64,000 nt of DNA from an uncultured Chlamydiales bacterium (lineage in GTDB: Bacteria; Chlamydiota; Chlamydiia; Chlamydiales; Rhabdochlamydiaceae): contig OY969554.1 of NCBI GenBank assembly GCA_963700985.1, forward strand, positions 128,001 through 192,000, written 5' to 3'. The notes beneath the pieces are model-generated. The model did not search any database. It was not told where the DNA came from and saw only the letters and a program-made list of their open reading frames with translations. Below are positions 58,889 through 64,000 of this stretch, one piece after another (within the stretch, counting starts at the first letter, position 1; every line of letters starts with the position of its first letter). Position numbers and translations under genes: made by a program.

Positions 58889-60157
58889 ATGAAAACGGGA
58901 TTGCTACTTTTTGCGACTTCGATGATGTGTTATTCGCTCTATGCAGACGCTGTGGCGTTGGCTGATGAGAATGAATTGGCTGAGATGGAACAGGTGGCTG
59001 TGGCAGATGGAGCAATAGAGGGCTCCGAGCTGACGGCTAAGCTTGAGACCTATGTGCTGACACGGGCGGACAGCTTGCCTGAAGAGGACTTTGAGGGGAT
59101 GACGGATACGTACCTTGAGGGATATATCCAAGCTCTCTTGGATATGCACTATTACGAGCAGCGTGTGCTGGTAACGGTGAAAGATCATCATGTTTACCTT
59201 GCTAACTTGCCGAAGAACGATCTGCTTGCAAATAGTATTCTTTCTTTTGTCAAGGGTGTACCGGGTGTAAAATCTGTTGAGATTAAGGATTTGTCCCCAG
59301 AAGAGCTAGCAAAGCGGCAGAAGCAGACGGAGATGCCACGGGTAAGGGGTGTCTGGTTTCCGCAGTCGACGGTGCTTTACCAGCCGATGATCGCAGATCC
59401 ACGCGAACCGATGTATTATGTGGCCTATCGCGGTGGAGATAAAGTTGTGGGCCGGGTTGCGGCTGCGGTGGCCATGGGTGATGACTTTCCTGTCTTCCGT
59501 TGGCGCGATATTATGCCCTGGCATGGCGACATGCAGATCGGCATCCAAGCGAGTATCTGGGCGGTTTTCAACTATCGCAATATTCCTCATCGTTACAATC
59601 ATGAAACATGCGAGCTGGTTAACACAGACTATTTAGTGGGCATTCCGGTTACATATGCCGTGGATAGATGGTCATTTCGTGCACGCATCTACCACATCTC
59701 AAGCCATCTGGGTGATGAGTTTCTGGTCAACCATCCTGATTTTTTGCATAAACGTAAAAACCCAAGCTTTGAGGCGGTCGATTTTTTCACTTCCTATCAG
59801 TTTTCTGGCGGGTTAAGGGGCTATTTTGGTCCGGGTGTGATTATTCACAGCGATCGTTCATTCAGAATGAAATATCTCTATGTAGAATATGGCATGGAGT
59901 TACGTCTTTTTGGTCGCAAATTAGATTACCATCGTCTGTATGGCACGCCTTTTTTGGCGATCCATTTGGAGAACTGGCAAGTGCGTCACTGGTCGCTTGA
60001 TACGACCATTAAGGTGGGCTATGAGCTAAGTAAGATGCAGGGCATTGGCCGCAAGATGCGCATTTATGCCGACTACCATCAAGGCTTCTCATATGAAGGT
60101 CAGTTTTTCAAGAAGCGTGTTAAATACGGCGAAGTGGGCCTATCTTGGGGCTGGTAA
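58889..60157 (+). CDS. DUF1207 family exported protein with a BON-like N-terminal region
   Basis: Signal peptide, YLEGYIQALLD, PMIADPR, RIYHISSHLGDE, terminal aromatic residue; family best known from Chlamydiota. Confidence 0.8.
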   Translation: MKTGLLLFATSMMCYSLYADAVALADENELAEMEQVAVADGAIEGSELTAKLETYVLTRADSLPEEDFEGMTDTYLEGYIQALLDMHYYEQRVLVTVKDHHVYLANLPKNDLLANSILSFVKGVPGVKSVEIKDLSPEELAKRQKQTEMPRVRGVWFPQSTVLYQPMIADPREPMYYVAYRGGDKVVGRVAAAVAMGDDFPVFRWRDIMPWHGDMQIGIQASIWAVFNYRNIPHRYNHETCELVNTDYLVGIPVTYAVDRWSFRARIYHISSHLGDEFLVNHPDFLHKRKNPSFEAVDFFTSYQFSGGLRGYFGPGVIIHSDRSFRMKYLYVEYGMELRLFGRKLDYHRLYGTPFLAIHLENWQVRHWSLDTTIKVGYELSKMQGIGRKMRIYADYHQGFSYEGQFFKKRVKYGEVGLSWGW

Positions 60158-60166
60158 GACAGCTGA

Positions 60167-62287
60167 TTATTCGTAGATAGCAAAGCCATCTTGGAAGATC
60201 GGGCCTTGCTTGCCGATAATGCGCGTTCCACTGAGATATTCGCGATAAAGTCTTAATGCTGCATCGGCGTTTTTCACACAGATAAAGCAGTTACTTACCC
60301 ATTCTGAGCCCGCGATGGTGCCGGTGGCGAGATTGCACTGAAAGCGCGCCGTGACTTTTTGGCGCCAGTAGTTTGGGTCGCCGAAGAGCAGCACGGGTGT
60401 GGCTCGCGTAGATCCAACCTTTCTTCTAACTTCTTCCAGCGTGTATTCAAAATCCGTGCCAATGCCGCCCATCAAGAAGATGGGGAAGTCGAGATTGAAC
60501 TCGGCTTGACGCTCAACTAGGCGATCGATGCGGTAGGTCATCTTGGCATCGATATACGGGTTCTGTTTCTGCTCATTTACAACCGCTCCTCCTCCTTTTG
60601 GGCGAAAATCCACGATATCGGCGCATGAGAGGATGTTCAGTGTTTTAGCGACTTTGTTGCCCAGCTCCATTACGCCCGGGCCACCACCGGTGATAAGCGC
60701 AATAGGTGTCTCGCGATTCAGCATCGGATGATGGCTCTCTTGGCGCAATTTTTTAAGACCATCAAAAAGAGCGATGAGCTCTTGCTCGAAATCCGCGCTC
60801 GGCATGAGGTTAGAGCCGTAGACGCCAAAAGAAGTAGCTTTTAAGAAGATATCGACCAGAGGAATGGGAACAAACATCCCGCAATCTTTTTCAGGCTTGG
60901 GAACGTATTGTAAAACTTTGCCCGAGGTGGCATCGACCCAGAAAACTGGAATGGCGAATTTGGCTAAGTCCAAAAGCATCGAACGGTCTTCGTGTGAGAA
61001 ATAATCTCCTGTCGAAAAAGAAGGGTGTTGGAAATAGAGAGCTTTTAAATTGCGCTGAACGAGATCGCCGATGAGCATCTTTTTCATGAGGGGAGAGGGG
61101 AAGTAGCGCGCCAGCAAAATGCCTTCGCTGGTGATTAGCCCATCTTCAATGCTCTTTAGAAATGGATAGCTAGGCTGTTGGTGGATATAGCGTTCCACCA
61201 TGAGCGCTTGTCTGCCTGGATGAATAAGGCCGGGAAACTCGCTTTTAACGGGCTCGCGTGAAATCCAGTCAGTGGGCTTGAGGTTGAGCATCTGTTCGCC
61301 TTTAACGATGAAAACTGCCGTATGCAGTTGCGCAGGCTGAGGTGCGGTATCGAAGGCTCGAAAGATATAAGCAGGATCTTCTAAGCAACTTTGTAGCTGG
61401 TCGCGATCGGCGAAAAAGACGTGCTCGCGATGCGGCTCCAAGGTGTAAAATTCTAAAGGGATGTCGGTGAGCTCTTTGGGAGACGCACCATAAAGTTCAT
61501 ACACGTCGCCCGAGGCGCGCGTAGTGGGATCTAAAATGCAGGCGGTGGTGTGATGCAGGCCTTGCGGGAGGAGCTCTTCTGCAACACGCCCAAAGACTGT
61601 TCTTACATGCAGCGGCAAGGTGCGCACCAGCAGGATGTTATCGTCCTTAACGACGCGTTTGGTATCGGTGCGCCAAACCTGCAGCATTTGAAGAAGCGAG
61701 CGCAAGCTGACATCAGTGCGATGCAGGGCTTTGGCGATAATCGGCAAAAAGCCATAGATCTCATCGTATTCTAAAGTGCCTTCCTGTAGGGTCAAAAAAG
61801 CCACAGTGCGTCCTTCGATAACTTCTAAGACAATCTGATCGCTACCTTGCAGCCCACCGAGTGAAAGAAGTGGCCGGCCTTGTCTATCTGATCTGCCAAA
61901 CATGCGCAGCAGATAGTCAGGGTCGCGTACGCGCCGCTTGGGATCTGCCGCAAAAAGCTTACCGATGTAGGCGCCTTCCGTAATTAGGGCGAGCATCTTT
62001 TTGGCGATATCACCGATGCCAAAGAGATGCACCTTCACTTCGGCTACGTTCTTTTTCGGATCGAGCATGTACTCTTGGCCTATGCCATTTACACCGAGCT
62101 GTGCGAGAGTGCTTTTAAAATTGAAAACGAGATGCTCTTTTTCGATCTGATAACCCACGAAGGCAGGTGAGATCTTTTCGATGCGGACAATCGCTTCCTT
62201 AGTTCCATCTGGCAAGAGTTTAAGCTCTTTGATGAAACCGTCGGGCGAGGCTAGGTCGTAATGCGTAGAGTAAAGGTAGCTTTCCAT
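60167..62287 (-). CDS. Conserved protein with C-terminal LOG/lysine-decarboxylase-like (SLOG) domain
   Basis: ITGGGPGVME, ERQ, GGIGTDFE, PVLLFG...W. Confidence 0.8.
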   Translation of the reverse strand: MESYLYSTHYDLASPDGFIKELKLLPDGTKEAIVRIEKISPAFVGYQIEKEHLVFNFKSTLAQLGVNGIGQEYMLDPKKNVAEVKVHLFGIGDIAKKMLALITEGAYIGKLFAADPKRRVRDPDYLLRMFGRSDRQGRPLLSLGGLQGSDQIVLEVIEGRTVAFLTLQEGTLEYDEIYGFLPIIAKALHRTDVSLRSLLQMLQVWRTDTKRVVKDDNILLVRTLPLHVRTVFGRVAEELLPQGLHHTTACILDPTTRASGDVYELYGASPKELTDIPLEFYTLEPHREHVFFADRDQLQSCLEDPAYIFRAFDTAPQPAQLHTAVFIVKGEQMLNLKPTDWISREPVKSEFPGLIHPGRQALMVERYIHQQPSYPFLKSIEDGLITSEGILLARYFPSPLMKKMLIGDLVQRNLKALYFQHPSFSTGDYFSHEDRSMLLDLAKFAIPVFWVDATSGKVLQYVPKPEKDCGMFVPIPLVDIFLKATSFGVYGSNLMPSADFEQELIALFDGLKKLRQESHHPMLNRETPIALITGGGPGVMELGNKVAKTLNILSCADIVDFRPKGGGAVVNEQKQNPYIDAKMTYRIDRLVERQAEFNLDFPIFLMGGIGTDFEYTLEEVRRKVGSTRATPVLLFGDPNYWRQKVTARFQCNLATGTIAGSEWVSNCFICVKNADAALRLYREYLSGTRIIGKQGPIFQDGFAIYE

Positions 62288-62330
62288 CTACCCTAAATTA
62301 GCTTTTTAAAGAGCCAACGTCAAGTTTAGT

Positions 62331-64000
62331 TTATGCTTTTTTATGGTCAGAGCGACCAGCATTGATCTGAGTTTGTAAGCTATGTGCGGTTCCGCGTTTG
62401 AGTGAAGAAGCCATGCCATGGATCGGTAGAACGCCTTTTTGGTCTTCTTCTTTTCCTTTCAGCATGTGGTGTGAGCCGGTCACTCTTCCAGAAGGCATGA
62501 TGCCCATCTCTTTTAGACGCTTTAGAAATTTACGCACCTTCTCGCCACGGCGAATTTTAAAAGGCTCTGGTTCACTTGGGCTTTCCAGCGAGAGTGGCGG
62601 AGGCGGTGTAATAGGCGTAGCACGAGGAGGGGTGGCTTTAGCTTTTTTGGATTCAAGCGAAAGTGGATGCCCAAGGCTTTTGCCTGCAACAGCGCTAACT
62701 AAAATCGGGCCACTTGCAGGTTTAGGCTCATCAATAGCGGGTGTTAGAGGAGCCGCAGGAGTAAATGCCTTTGCTAAGAGTTCTTCAAGCCCTTCGAGTT
62801 CCATATAACTGACTAACTCTTCAGTTAGCAGGTGCTCTTCAGAATCGATCTTTGAGAAATCTGCATGTAACTCAAGGGCGGCGTGGGCGTCTTGGACGAG
62901 CATGCTCGCACGGCAGAAGTTTAAGCTTTGAGTGAAACAGACCTCTTGAAAGAAAGAGATCCATTTTTCAATGTGGATGCCTTGATTTGCTTTATCCAGC
63001 GTTGTAAGAAATGCCTCGATTTCATCCATGTGTTTATGGCGTAACTTATCCAATTGGGGTGTAAGTTGTGCCAGGTGGTCAATCACGGGTTGTAGATCCT
63101 TCAAAAAAGTGAGCCAGGATTCATACGAAAACACATCTTTTTCATCTCTTATCGAATTCCATTTAATAACCGTAGTAGTCGTGAGAAGGGATCGGAGAGA
63201 ATCTTGATCCCAAAGCTGGGCTGCATCCTGATGCATGCTTAATAAGAGAAAATCTAAGCGAGCTGCTTCACTAGAGGATAAAACAACAGGAGAAGTAGGT
63301 AAGGGTCTATTTGGGAAAGAGGCATCATCTAGCAGTTTCTTAAACAACCAATGCGCATTTAGTTGTAAACGCGTAAAGCAAAGATCTATGGATATGTATT
63401 TATCTGGATAAAGCGGCGCCAGAATTTGTTGATCCAGAATTCTAAGGCTTACATGTAAAAAATTTGAAAGCATGAAATATTGCACGAATTCTCTAAAGAG
63501 ATCCCGAACTAATTTTCCACGTACTGTTTTGGCCGCATCACTTTCACCTGGCCTGACTTGTGCTAAGGTTTTCATGATCGTCAGACCCGAAAACAGACTC
63601 TTCTCAACTTGTAAATTTAGTTCAGAAGCTATCATGATTTTCAATGGTTGCGCGATGGCTATTTTGTTTTTTTGCTTGGCCATTTTAACTAGATACTCTT
63701 GCATCTTTTCCGCGAGCAGGCTTTTAAAAGAAATAGCGTTACAATTGTGCCCATAAGACAGACCCAGTACATAAAGCTCTGTCAGCCTCATTAACTCTTG
63801 CAGAGCAACCTCAGACGTAGAGATTTTGGCTTTTGGACGATAGGGGGTCTTAGTGGATGCAACTTCGGCAGAGAACTTCCCTAGGATTTGAACAGGCGAA
63901 AGCTGTGCAACGAGTGTTAATCCAAGTTCTATTCTCTTAAGCACCTCATCAGCTTGTTTTTGCACTCCTTTGGAACGGCTTGTGCGTACAACTTGGGCGC
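62331..64000 (-). CDS. Large helical protein (5' end outside the window) with Pro-rich linker and C-terminal HicA-like domain
   Basis: Frame is open to the window edge; ends KVRKFLKRLKEMG....RVTGSHHML........VLPIHG....LKRGTAHSL. Confidence 0.7.
   Translation of the reverse strand, partial: AQVVRTSRSKGVQKQADEVLKRIELGLTLVAQLSPVQILGKFSAEVASTKTPYRPKAKISTSEVALQELMRLTELYVLGLSYGHNCNAISFKSLLAEKMQEYLVKMAKQKNKIAIAQPLKIMIASELNLQVEKSLFSGLTIMKTLAQVRPGESDAAKTVRGKLVRDLFREFVQYFMLSNFLHVSLRILDQQILAPLYPDKYISIDLCFTRLQLNAHWLFKKLLDDASFPNRPLPTSPVVLSSSEAARLDFLLLSMHQDAAQLWDQDSLRSLLTTTTVIKWNSIRDEKDVFSYESWLTFLKDLQPVIDHLAQLTPQLDKLRHKHMDEIEAFLTTLDKANQGIHIEKWISFFQEVCFTQSLNFCRASMLVQDAHAALELHADFSKIDSEEHLLTEELVSYMELEGLEELLAKAFTPAAPLTPAIDEPKPASGPILVSAVAGKSLGHPLSLESKKAKATPPRATPITPPPPLSLESPSEPEPFKIRRGEKVRKFLKRLKEMGIMPSGRVTGSHHMLKGKEEDQKGVLPIHGMASSLKRGTAHSLQTQINAGRSDHKKA

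Overview
This window most likely comes from an environmental Chlamydiota genome. That is an inference from the DUF1207-like gene, F-box effector-like genes and a cytochrome bo3 operon. Bases 1-40.3 kb are a patchwork of accessory metabolism and stress genes: SDR/azoR/ADH, an archaeal/monoderm-type dnaK-dnaJ pair, flotillin-NfeD, cyoABCDE, hydrolases, GNATs, a photolyase, OsmC and exported glycan-modifying enzymes. This part also holds effector-like F-box genes, a 246-bp IS5-type MITE and several disrupted genes. Bases 40381-58712 are an ~18.3-kb element integrated in the 3' half of a tRNA(CAT), bounded by 55-bp direct repeats with matching arm-type sites at both ends. It carries two paralogous tyrosine integrases, an Xis-like HTH and a replication-initiator-like gene with an 11-bp-phased iteron-like array. 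No capsid or conjugation genes are recognisable. Its cargo looks entirely defence-related: an AbiE-like antitoxin/nucleotidyltransferase pair, an AbiU2-like HEPN protein, a ~1300-aa XRE-HTH + nuclease + STAND NTPase with a palindromic operator in its promoter, and a type I R-M system coupled to a Cas4/RecB-like nuclease. The window ends in a large protein with a C-terminal HicA-like domain. Many island genes are frameshifted; I cannot tell sequencing or assembly error from real decay using the sequence alone. All family assignments come from motifs recognised by eye, not from database searches.
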